From an uncultured Eubacteriales bacterium (lineage in GTDB: Bacteria; Acidobacteriota; Aminicenantia; Aminicenantales; Aminicenantaceae): a stretch of 64,000 bases of DNA. The stretch is taken from NCBI GenBank assembly GCA_964645765.1, contig CAZYBE010000001.1, positions 7,456 to 71,455 of the forward strand. The letters run 5' to 3'. Numbering within the stretch: the first letter of the stretch is position 1; each line of letters begins with the position of its first letter. The notes beneath the pieces were generated by a model. It saw nothing but the letters and a program-made list of their open reading frames with translations, had not been told where the DNA came from and did not search any database. A program made the position numbers and the translations under genes. This document shows positions 40,906-49,102 of the stretch, piece by piece.

Positions 40906-41056
40906 GGGGCTCAGGCTAAGCTGTGAGAAAACACGCAGCTTTTGTCCCGGCGAGACAAAAGCTGCTCGGTTTCAGGCTTCGCTCTCCTCTCCCTTCGGTC
41001 GAGGAACCATGCCCGCTCAGCCCTCAAACGGTTTTCTCACAGCTTAGCCTTCGCCC
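40906..41056. repeat. Family-1 repeat, copy E (about 151 bp) in a divergent promoter region
   Basis: TIRs ggctaagctgtgagaaaac / gttttctcacagcttagcc (19 bp perfect). The hairpin carries compensatory changes (cgcagcttttgtcccggcgagacaaaagctgc), and the conserved core is present. Confidence 0.85.
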
Positions 41057-41147
41057 TGGCCAATATTCTTTTAAAAAAGCCAACTTATTGTTAATTTTAA
41101 TTCGGCTAGATTGACAAAAAAGATGTGCTTCAGCTTAATTAAAAAAA

Positions 41148-41176
41148 TTGACTTGACTTGTACACAATGGTATATA
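41148..41176 (+). promoter_or_regulatory. Near-consensus sigma-70 promoter TTGACT-17-TATATA for the citrate synthase gene
   Basis: Hexamers with a 17-nt spacer about 65 bp upstream of the ATG. An AGGAGG SD lies at the gene start. Confidence 0.6.
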
Positions 41177-41242
41177 TAAACGTCTCTTTTGAATCAATAA
41201 TTATAAAATTTATGCCCTAATCTCTAAAAGGAGGTTTATTAA

Positions 41243-42571
41243 ATGGCTTCTCTAAAGCAAAAGCTTGCTGCAAAAATCGGCCCTATGCGCGAAAAGGTCG
41301 GCGCAATCATGAAAGCGCACGGCGAGATGAAGATTTCCGACGTCAACGTAGCCCAGGCTTACGGCGGCATGCGCGGTGTCAAGTGCATGGTTTGGGAAAC
41401 ATCCGCCCTTGACCCCATGGAAGGTATTCGTTTCCGAGGCTTCACCATTCCTGAGCTTCGAGAAAAGCTGCCCAAGTCTCCCAAGGGAGAAGAGCCTCTG
41501 CCGGAAGGAATCTTCTACCTCTTGCTCCTCGGCGAAATGCCTACAGACCAGGATGTCAAAGAGATTACAAAAGAATGGCAGAAGAGGAGCAAACTCCCGA
41601 GATACTTGGTCAATGTCCTTAAAGCCATCCCCAAAGATGTCCATCCCATGACCCAGTTCTCGTTAGGGATCCTCACCCTCCAGAAAGACTCTATCTACGC
41701 TCAGAAGTACACAGAGGGAATAAGCAAGATGGAATACTGGGACTCGACCTACGAGGACGTGATGAACCTTCTGGCCAAGCTCCCCTCGATTGCAGCCTAT
41801 ATCTACCGCAAATCTTACAAAGGCGCCAAGCACATTCCCGCCAATCCCAAGCTTGACTGGGGCGGAAACTTTGCCCATATGCTCGGTGTTAAGGACGAAG
41901 CCTTCAAAGAACTCATGCGCCTATACCTTGTCATTCACAGCGACCATGAAGGCGGAAACGTCTCGGCCCACACCTCTCATCTCGTCGGCTCAGCTCTTTC
42001 CGACGCCTACTATTGCCTCTCGGCTGGCATGAACGGCTTAGCCGGTCCTTTGCACGGACTGGCCAACCAGGAAGTCCTGCGCTGGATCTGGGACTTGAAG
42101 GAAAAAATTGGTGACGAGCCAACCAAAGACCAGCTGAAAAAATATGTTTGGGATACGCTCAATGCCGGCCAGGTCGTTCCCGGATATGGCCATGCTGTTC
42201 TCCGCAAGACAGACCCCAGATACACAGCCCAGCGAGAGTTCGCCCTCAAGCACCTTCCTGACGACAAAATCTTCAGAATCGTCAGCACTCTCTACGAAGT
42301 CGTTCCCGATATTCTTATGGAGCAAGGCAAGGCGAAAAACCCCTGGCCGAATGTCGACGCTCACTCCGGATGTCTGCTCTACCACTACGGCGTGAAAGAA
42401 TGGGATTTCTACACAGTCTTCTTCGGCGCTTCTCGTGCTATGGGCGTGCTCTCCCAGCTAATCTGGAGCAGGGCGCTCGGGCTTCCCATCGAAAGGCCCA
42501 AGAGTGTGACCACGGACTGGATCGAAGGCCAGATCAAGCAGGCCCAGGCTGTGCCTAAACAGCCAAGCTGA
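41243..42571 (+). CDS. Citrate synthase (eukaryotic/mitochondrial-type)
   Basis: 442 aa. 'GYGHAVLRKTDPRYT' and 'HSGCLLYHYG' catalytic His/Asp regions resemble the eukaryotic-type CS N-terminus. Confidence 0.9.
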   Translation: MASLKQKLAAKIGPMREKVGAIMKAHGEMKISDVNVAQAYGGMRGVKCMVWETSALDPMEGIRFRGFTIPELREKLPKSPKGEEPLPEGIFYLLLLGEMPTDQDVKEITKEWQKRSKLPRYLVNVLKAIPKDVHPMTQFSLGILTLQKDSIYAQKYTEGISKMEYWDSTYEDVMNLLAKLPSIAAYIYRKSYKGAKHIPANPKLDWGGNFAHMLGVKDEAFKELMRLYLVIHSDHEGGNVSAHTSHLVGSALSDAYYCLSAGMNGLAGPLHGLANQEVLRWIWDLKEKIGDEPTKDQLKKYVWDTLNAGQVVPGYGHAVLRKTDPRYTAQREFALKHLPDDKIFRIVSTLYEVVPDILMEQGKAKNPWPNVDAHSGCLLYHYGVKEWDFYTVFFGASRAMGVLSQLIWSRALGLPIERPKSVTTDWIEGQIKQAQAVPKQPS

Positions 42572-42622
42572 AGCTGGTTAAAAGCAGATCAATTCAGCAG
42601 CGCAGAAAAAGAATTTTTAAAA

Positions 42623-42648
42623 GGGGGCATTCCAGTGCCCCCTTTTTT
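42623..42648 (+). terminator. Rho-independent terminator after citrate synthase
   Basis: GGGGGCA-ttccag-TGCCCCC stem-loop followed by TTTTTT. Confidence 0.8.
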
Positions 42649-42781
42649 ATATCGTCTGTTCACATAGACAAAACACTCTTTCAAACCATCTTTGTCAAAA
42701 AAACTTTGAGTTAGCCAAACTGCAAAAGCTTAAGGCTTCAGCCTTTTTTTTTGATAAGTTGCTCAAAATAAGACAAGGAAA

Positions 42782-42869
42782 GTTGACTTAAATCAAATCT
42801 GTTGCCTCTAAGTCAACTTATCTTGACTTAGAAGGGAAAATCGAATATAAATCAAGCTAGGTTGACTTA
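42782..42869 (+). promoter_or_regulatory. Operator-like array of four GTTGACTTA motifs (one forming a palindrome TAAGTCAAC-ttatc-TTGACTTA) upstream of, and overlapping, the Fic start codon
   Basis: Motifs at 42782-42790 (fwd), 42809-42817 (rev), 42823-42830 (fwd) and 42861-42869 (fwd, overlapping the ATG). Confidence 0.5.
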
Positions 42870-44020
42870 TGGACAATAGAGTTGGAAAATTTATAGTTCA
42901 ACCTGCTGGATATAAGGCATTTATTCCTAATCCGTTACCACCAGAACCTCCTATTAATTTTGACGACGAATTGCAATCTTTATTATCAAAAGCAGATAGA
43001 ACTCTCGCCAGGCTAGATGGAATTACAACTGTTTTACCTAACCCAGACCTTTTTATTGCCATGTATGTGAAAAAAGAAGCGCTTTTAAGCTCTCAGATCG
43101 AGGGAACACAGGCTTCCTTGGAGGGGATTCTTGAATTTGAAGCAGATTTACCACCCAAGGAAGACATTAATGAGGTAAAAGAGGTCATAAATTATGTAAA
43201 GGCAATGAATTATGGAATTGAAAGGTTAAAAGAATTGCCGATGTCTTTAAGGCTTATTAAGGAAATCCATAAAATCTTGTTGGAAGGGACAAGAGGGGCA
43301 CATAGAGATCCCGGAGAATTTAGAAGGTCTCAAAACTGGATTGGTCCTCCTGGTGCTTCTTTGAATGAAGCGATCTATATTCCACCGCCACCTGATATGG
43401 TTCTTTCAACAATGGGTGAGCTTGAAAAATTCTTGCATAGTAAAGATAACATTCCACCCTTAGTAAGAATTGCTTTGATTCATGCCCAATTTGAAACGAT
43501 TCATCCCTTCATAGATGGCAACGGAAGAGTTGGCAGGCTTCTTATAACTTTCTACCTTTTCTGGAAAGGAATCTTAGCAAGACCGCTTTTATATTTGAGC
43601 TTTTATCTAAAAAAGAACAAAGCAGATTATTACGACACGCTTATGAAATTACGCCTGGAAGGAGCATATGAAAATTGGCTAAAATTTTTTCTGAACGGTG
43701 TAAGTGAAACGTCAGAAGAGTCAGCGAACACTGCCCGAGAAATAATAAAATTAAAAGACGATCTGATAACGAAAATCTATGAGAACTCTATATCAAGTGT
43801 TTATGCTGTTAAGCTTATAGATTTACTTTTTTTGACTCCGTTGATTAGTGTCAAAGATGCATATAAAAGATTGAAAATTTCAAATCAAGCAGCAAATGAA
43901 TTGTTCAAGAGATTTGAAAGCATCGGCATTCTAAAAGAGATAACAGGGAAACGAAGATATAAAAGGTATATTTTTAAAAGCTACGTGGACATTATAGCAA
44001 GGGGAACAGAGGGGGATTAA
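42869..44020 (+). CDS. Fic family protein (class II, intramolecular inhibitory motif) with C-terminal wHTH
   Basis: Canonical Fic motif 'HPFIDGNGRVGRLL'; upstream inhibitory 'SSQIEG' (S/TxxxEG/N); 383 aa. Confidence 0.9.
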   Translation: MDNRVGKFIVQPAGYKAFIPNPLPPEPPINFDDELQSLLSKADRTLARLDGITTVLPNPDLFIAMYVKKEALLSSQIEGTQASLEGILEFEADLPPKEDINEVKEVINYVKAMNYGIERLKELPMSLRLIKEIHKILLEGTRGAHRDPGEFRRSQNWIGPPGASLNEAIYIPPPPDMVLSTMGELEKFLHSKDNIPPLVRIALIHAQFETIHPFIDGNGRVGRLLITFYLFWKGILARPLLYLSFYLKKNKADYYDTLMKLRLEGAYENWLKFFLNGVSETSEESANTAREIIKLKDDLITKIYENSISSVYAVKLIDLLFLTPLISVKDAYKRLKISNQAANELFKRFESIGILKEITGKRRYKRYIFKSYVDIIARGTEGD

Positions 44021-44023
44021 GGC

Positions 44024-45136
44024 TTGAACAAAAAAGTAACAGACAAATTGGAGAAAATCCTAACTGGTTACTTTAAGGAAATCCACAAGACCTACACAGC
44101 AGGAGACTTCAGGGAGGAAAGTTTTTATCCAGCTTTTAAACCACTGGTTGAAGAATGCTCCAAGCTTCTTCCCCTTCAAGAAGCTGCTAATGTTCTAATC
44201 CAGCCCAAAAAGGAAGAAGCTGGCTTACTTGATTTTCGTATCGGGAAAAATGGAGAAATCGTAGGATATATTGAAGCAAAGTCGCCTGATGCCAACCTCA
44301 ATGAGGTTGAAGATTCTGAGCAGCTAAAAAGATATCGAGAATCGCTGCCTAACCTGATTTTAACCAACTTCTTAGAATTCAGATTATACAGGCAGGGAAA
44401 TTTAATAGATAAAGTGGAAGCGGGCCGCCAATTCACCCTGCAAACCTTAAAGTTTCCACCCAAGCCTGAGAAGCTAGATTTATTCTTCGGGCTACTACAG
44501 AAATTCTTCCTCTATTCCATACCAAAGATTCGGAAATCATCCGACCTTTCTGTGGAGCTGGCGAACCGAACACGGCTCCTCGAGCACAGCCTGCAAGAAG
44601 AGCTTAAAAGAGAAAATGAGGAAGTCACAAGATTCTACAAAGCCTTTCAGGAAGAGCTCATCGAGTCTTTGACCAAAGAAAGATTCGCCGACCTCTACGC
44701 TCAGACCATTGCCTACGGCCTTTTCGCTGCCAGGATGAAGGTTCAGAATGGATTTAAAAAGGAAGTTGCCTGGCAGTTCATTCCAGAAAGCTTATCCCTG
44801 CTCAGAGAAATTTTTTATTCCTTCACCGGGCCCAATCTGCCAGAATCTATGTCCTGGCTTGTGGACGAAATAGCTCAGGTGCTGGAAAAAGCTGACATCC
44901 CGGCAATTCTTCAAGAATTTAAAACTGTGCGCTGGGAAGAAGACCCTGTCATTCACTTCTATGAAACCTTCCTTAAAACTTATAATCCCACTGAAAGGCA
45001 AAGGCTGGGAGTTTATTACACTCCTCTGCCCGTGGTTTCCTATATTGTTAAATCCATCCATAAGCTTTTAAAGGAGAAATTTGGAAAGACAGAAAGGGCC
45101 GAAAGCTTTCTCTCGATGAAATCAACCATTATTTGA
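44024..45136 (+). pseudogene. 5' remnant of an MmeI-like type IIG restriction-modification enzyme (PD-ExK nuclease + helical linker + start of gamma-class N6A methyltransferase)
   Basis: TTG start 3 nt after the Fic stop. N-terminal 'LLDFRIG...GYIEAK' PD-(D/E)xK motif. MTase motif X/I 'FYETFLKTYNPTERQRLGVYYTPLPVVSYIV'. The ORF stops before motif IV (NPPY/F) and the TRD, and only about 200 bp of non-coding DNA follows. Confidence 0.6.
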
Positions 45137-45335
45137 AAATAGCAAAAGCCATTCGCCTGACCATGGAGATTCAGAAGAAAATCGATAAAATCTTTTAAAA
45201 GCAATCTCATTCACTTTATAAAATGAATGTGCTATAGTCTTTTTGCAAATTTAATCCCGATGGGTCATGATTAAGGTTGACTTCTTTTTCTATTCAGTGG
45301 TTAAATTCTAGCTTCTCTCAAGAGGAGGATAGAAA

Positions 45336-46391
45336 ATGGAATACAAAATCTGTCTCATCGGCTGCGGCACAGTCGGGCAGGGTCTTGTGGAGATTCTTGT
45401 TGAAAAAAATGATGAATTGAGGAACAAGCTGGATTTTGAACCAAAAATCGTCGCCATCTGCGATAAGCTCAAGGGGTCTCTTCTCATTCCAGAAGGCATC
45501 AATATAAAAAAGCTTCTTCAGCTCCTCCAGCAAAAGAGGAGAATCGATGAATACCTGGGAGAAAAGCATAACGAGGCAGAGGGGGAAGACCCTCTGGAAA
45601 TTATTGAAAAATGCGAGGCTGACATCGTTGCCGAATTGACCTACACGGATATCAAGACCGCTGAGCCGGCCACGAGCTATATCAGGAAAGCCCTCAGAAC
45701 AGGAAAACATGTCGTCACCTCCAACAAGGGTCCGGCCGCTCTCTATTATGCCGAATTGAAAAAACTGGCGCGCAAGAACGATGTCTTCTTCAGGATTGAA
45801 GGGACGGTGATGAGCGGAACCCCAGTTTTCAGTCTCTTCGAGAACGGATTTGCCGGAAACGAGATTAGAGAAATACGAGGAATCCTGAACGGAACCACGA
45901 ATTTCATCCTCTCCAAAATGGAAGAGGAGAACATGGATTACGGAAAGGCTTTAAAACTCGCTCAAAACTTAGGCTTAGCTGAAGCTGACCCGACAGCAGA
46001 CGTTGAAGGCTACGATGCTCTGGCTAAAATCATCATCCTCTCCAACGTCCTTCTCGAAGCCAACATCAAGCCTGCTGATGCCAAAAGGCAAGGAATCACC
46101 TCTCTGACCAAGAAAAAAATCCAGGCGGCAAAAAAGCAGGGATACAGATACAAGCTTGTCGCTTCAGCCAGAAAAGAAAACGGCAAGGTTTCGGCCAGTG
46201 TCTCTCCTCAAAAGCTCCCTCTCTCCGACCCTCTGACTGGAATCATGGGGGCCAACAATGCTTTGTCCTTTGACCTCGATTTGCTGGGAAAAGTCATCAT
46301 CCAGGGCCCTGGAGCAGGAAAAACCGAGACGGGCTATTCCATCCTGGTCGATATGCTGGGCATTCACCGGCGTCTTTCAAAACAAAATTAA
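45336..46391 (+). CDS. hom: Homoserine dehydrogenase (short form, no ACT domain)
   Basis: 'IGCGTVGQG' NAD-binding motif; 'ILNGTTNFIL' and 'AEADPTADVEGYDALAKI' homoserine-DH signature. Confidence 0.8.
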   Translation: MEYKICLIGCGTVGQGLVEILVEKNDELRNKLDFEPKIVAICDKLKGSLLIPEGINIKKLLQLLQQKRRIDEYLGEKHNEAEGEDPLEIIEKCEADIVAELTYTDIKTAEPATSYIRKALRTGKHVVTSNKGPAALYYAELKKLARKNDVFFRIEGTVMSGTPVFSLFENGFAGNEIREIRGILNGTTNFILSKMEEENMDYGKALKLAQNLGLAEADPTADVEGYDALAKIIILSNVLLEANIKPADAKRQGITSLTKKKIQAAKKQGYRYKLVASARKENGKVSASVSPQKLPLSDPLTGIMGANNALSFDLDLLGKVIIQGPGAGKTETGYSILVDMLGIHRRLSKQN

Positions 46392-46457
46392 GAGCTCTGT
46401 AGAATAAAAATAAGCTTGTAAGCATAAATTGAAGAATCCAGAAGAAGGAGTGAGAGC

Positions 46458-47693
46458 ATGCACTTCAAGCTCTTAAGCAAAAAGGACCTCAAGGCTATGG
46501 ATGCTTTGGTCGATTCCTACGGCGGGGCAAAAGAGATTTCAAACGAGATTCAGTCCAGGAGGGATTATCCAACCAGGAAGAAAATCGCCGCTCAAAAAGG
46601 ATTCGCCGAGATGCTGGAGAAGGCAGAGCAATACGCCAAAAAATTTGCCAAGGTTGAGGACTTCGTCGAAAAAAACAGAATCCGCGTGACCAGGAAGGGA
46701 ATCTGCACCACCCAGGTTTCAGGATTCCAGGCCGCCCGCCCCACTTTTGACTGCGTCAGAAGAGTTGCGGAGAACGCCGATGTGCTTTTCCCGACAGAGA
46801 TGATTTCAGTTGTGAGTCTGACCGACCATTATGTCTACAGCGGCGACCTGCTGGCGACCCTGGCCATGGCTGAGAATATTCTTAGCGCAAGCAAGTTCTG
46901 CTCGACCAACCTCATCGGGACTCCGCTTCCAGAAGAGCGATTTGCAAGGCTGGAGAAGGCGACAGGCGAGAAATTCGAGCGCAGAGACCTGGGAAAGGGA
47001 TTGAGCCAGATCATCCTGAAGAACATGGGCACACCCTACGGAAACTTAGGAGGGGTCGAGGTCGGAAATAACAACCATCTCGTCTATCTCGACGGAGTGA
47101 CAAGGGCAGCCCTGGAAACAGGCGCGAATTTCTTCCTGAACCCGAGCTGGTCAACCATCGTCGCTGCCTGCTGCTACGCAAGGGAAATTCCCAATCTCTC
47201 TTTCAAGATATCGATGCTCCTCTCCACTCAAAACGCCATCCAGTTGCGGATGCTCTTGAATATCTTCAAGGAATATCTGCGCGATGACGGGACAACGCCG
47301 ATCTACGAGATTAACATCGGAAATGCCGCAACTGCCGAGACTTTTATCCAATGCTACGACGAGATAGAAGCTTCCGGCCTTCCCAAAATCCATCTTGCTG
47401 CCCATCTCAGAATCAATCCTGATTTGGGCCTGGCCGATTTCAACTGGACTGAGAATGCCTTCAAGGTGCTCGATGCTGGCAGAGATTTGACAATCAAATA
47501 CGAGAGTGACGGAGAATCCCGGCCTTATGACACCATGCAAGCCTATTTCCTCTCTGATGAAGAGAGGGATGAAAAGGCTGAGCTCGTTGGCGATGTCATC
47601 TACCATAAATGCCTCCGCTGCGACCAGGATGCCAAAGAAATCATGAGAAGAGGGCACGAGGCAAGGTTTGCCAGGGTTTCCTATAAGAAATGA
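46458..47693 (+). CDS. Hypothetical enzyme (411 aa, Cys-rich, unknown family) in the hom/PLP cluster
   Basis: Well-formed ORF with an AGGAG SD. No motif recognised with confidence; conserved-looking Cys pairs ('VAACCYARE', 'CLRCDQD'). Confidence 0.5.
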   Translation: MHFKLLSKKDLKAMDALVDSYGGAKEISNEIQSRRDYPTRKKIAAQKGFAEMLEKAEQYAKKFAKVEDFVEKNRIRVTRKGICTTQVSGFQAARPTFDCVRRVAENADVLFPTEMISVVSLTDHYVYSGDLLATLAMAENILSASKFCSTNLIGTPLPEERFARLEKATGEKFERRDLGKGLSQIILKNMGTPYGNLGGVEVGNNNHLVYLDGVTRAALETGANFFLNPSWSTIVAACCYAREIPNLSFKISMLLSTQNAIQLRMLLNIFKEYLRDDGTTPIYEINIGNAATAETFIQCYDEIEASGLPKIHLAAHLRINPDLGLADFNWTENAFKVLDAGRDLTIKYESDGESRPYDTMQAYFLSDEERDEKAELVGDVIYHKCLRCDQDAKEIMRRGHEARFARVSYKK

Positions 47694-47737
47694 ATCCTTC
47701 GAACTTGACGAGTCCAAAAAGAATCAGGAGATGAGGG

Positions 47738-48529
47738 ATGGATTTGGGCATCAAAAACAGAGTGGCTCTTGTGGCTGCAGCGAGCCGCGGACTGGGAAAG
47801 GCAATTGCCTTCCAGCTTTCGAGGGAAGGCGCAAAGGTCGTCATCTGCGCCAGGAATAAGGAAAGGCTTTTCAAGACGAGGGATGAAATCGCAGCGGGAA
47901 CAGGCGCGCAGGTAAAAGCTTTCGTTGCTGATGTCGCGGATAGAGCCAAGGTGAGGAGCCTGGTCCAGCAGACTGTGGAAGCCTTCGGCACTGTGGACAT
48001 TCTGGTCTCGAATGCCGGAGGACCCCCATCAGGCATGGCCGAGGACTTCGCTCTGGATGACTACCAGAAGGCTCTGGAACTCAACCTTTTGAGCACTGTC
48101 AGCCTCTGCTATGAAGTCATGCCCTTGATGAAGAAGCAGCGCTGGGGAAGAATCATCTTCATGACTTCAGTCTCTGCCAAGCAGCCGATCGAAAACCTCA
48201 TTCTCTCCAACACTTCGAGGGCAGGCGTCCTGGGCTTCTCCAAGTCCCTTTCAAGCCAGCTCGCGCCTTACGGGATAACTGCCAATTCTGTCTGTCCTGG
48301 ATATACCAGGACGGAAAGGGTCGAAGAGCTTGCCAGGTCTTTTGCGGAAAGCGGGAAAGGCACGGTCCATGACTTCTACAGGAATATCGAGAAATCCATT
48401 CCCATTGGTCGCTTGGCAAGCCCTGAAGAAGTTGCCAATGCCGTGGCTTTCCTTGCTTCTGAGAGAGCGAGCTATATCACTGGTGTGGCCCTTCAGGTCG
48501 ATGGCGGCTATATCAAATCTCTTTTTTGA
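47738..48529 (+). CDS. SDR family oxidoreductase (FabG-like)
   Basis: 'VALVAAASRGLGKAIA' TGxxxGxG variant, 'NAGG', and a catalytic Ser/Tyr/Lys 'YxxxK'-type region. Confidence 0.85.
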   Translation: MDLGIKNRVALVAAASRGLGKAIAFQLSREGAKVVICARNKERLFKTRDEIAAGTGAQVKAFVADVADRAKVRSLVQQTVEAFGTVDILVSNAGGPPSGMAEDFALDDYQKALELNLLSTVSLCYEVMPLMKKQRWGRIIFMTSVSAKQPIENLILSNTSRAGVLGFSKSLSSQLAPYGITANSVCPGYTRTERVEELARSFAESGKGTVHDFYRNIEKSIPIGRLASPEEVANAVAFLASERASYITGVALQVDGGYIKSLF

Positions 48530-48557
48530 TACACGGCAAGATTTGATGTAAATATAT

Positions 48558-48641
48558 GTCATCGCGAGGCGCGAAGCGCCGTGGCGATCTCATTAAATAA
48601 ATAATGAGATGGCCACGCTCCTTTCAGGAGCTCGCCATGAA
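48558..48641. repeat. Family-2 palindromic hairpin element (84 bp) between the SDR and cupin genes
   Basis: GTCATCGCGAGGcgcgaagcgcCGTGGCGATCTCAT-loop-ATGAGATGGCCACGctcctttcaggagCTCGCCATGA. The inner mini-hairpins show compensatory changes relative to copy 1. Confidence 0.8.
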
Positions 48642-48688
48642 AATATAACAAATTTTATTGCATATATAATAGCTAAAGGAAGGATCAG

Positions 48689-49051
48689 ATGACAGATGAT
48701 AAAAAAAATTGGGAAGGAATTCCTTATCCTGAGATGATACAGGGACTTCCTGGGGTCGACATTTCTCTCAAGGGAATAAGAGGCTGGCTCCTTCAGAGCG
48801 AAGATAAGCAGGTCGTGTTTTTTGACATCGAGCCGGTCGGCGAAATTCCACCCCATTCCCATTGCGCTCAATGGGGCATTGTTGTCGAAGGAAAGATGTC
48901 GCTGACCATAGGGGGCAAGACAAAGGTTTATCAAAAGGGAGACTGGTACTATATTCCTGAAGGAGTCGTGCACTCTGCCGCATTCCTCACCAGGGTCAAC
49001 GCCATCGATATCTTTGACCATCCGCAGCGTTATAAGGTAAAAAAAGCATAA
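48689..49051 (+). CDS. Cupin domain protein
   Basis: 120 aa with 'PPHSHCAQWGIVVEG...GDWYYIPEGVVHSA', the two cupin motifs. Confidence 0.8.
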   Translation: MTDDKKNWEGIPYPEMIQGLPGVDISLKGIRGWLLQSEDKQVVFFDIEPVGEIPPHSHCAQWGIVVEGKMSLTIGGKTKVYQKGDWYYIPEGVVHSAAFLTRVNAIDIFDHPQRYKVKKA

Positions 49052-49102
49052 GGCTTCGAAAAGCCGACAACAGGCTATGAGAGAATTAGCCTCCAAATAA
49101 AG

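Noticed and set aside
18640-41114. Short ORFs inside family-1 repeats with a shared peptide '...HAAFAPASQKRL.SRLRSPLPSVEEPCPLS...' (18640-18849, 21902-22168, 37975-38193, 40923-41114)
   Set aside because: The peptide similarity simply reflects DNA conservation. Differences between copies are compensatory for base pairing, not conservative for protein. Start codons and frames differ between copies and no SD is present.
44024-45136. Type IIG fragment as a functional orphan methyltransferase
   Set aside because: The ORF ends before the catalytic NPPY/F motif (motif IV) and the TRD, and only about 200 bp of non-coding DNA follows. So it cannot encode an active MTase.
42720-45335. TTGACT(T) motifs also present at the citrate synthase and hom promoters as part of the Fic operator array
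   Set aside because: The isolated TTGACT hexamers are adequately explained as -35 elements in an AT-rich promoter. Only the clustered or palindromic GTTGACTTA sites upstream of Fic are treated as a candidate operator.
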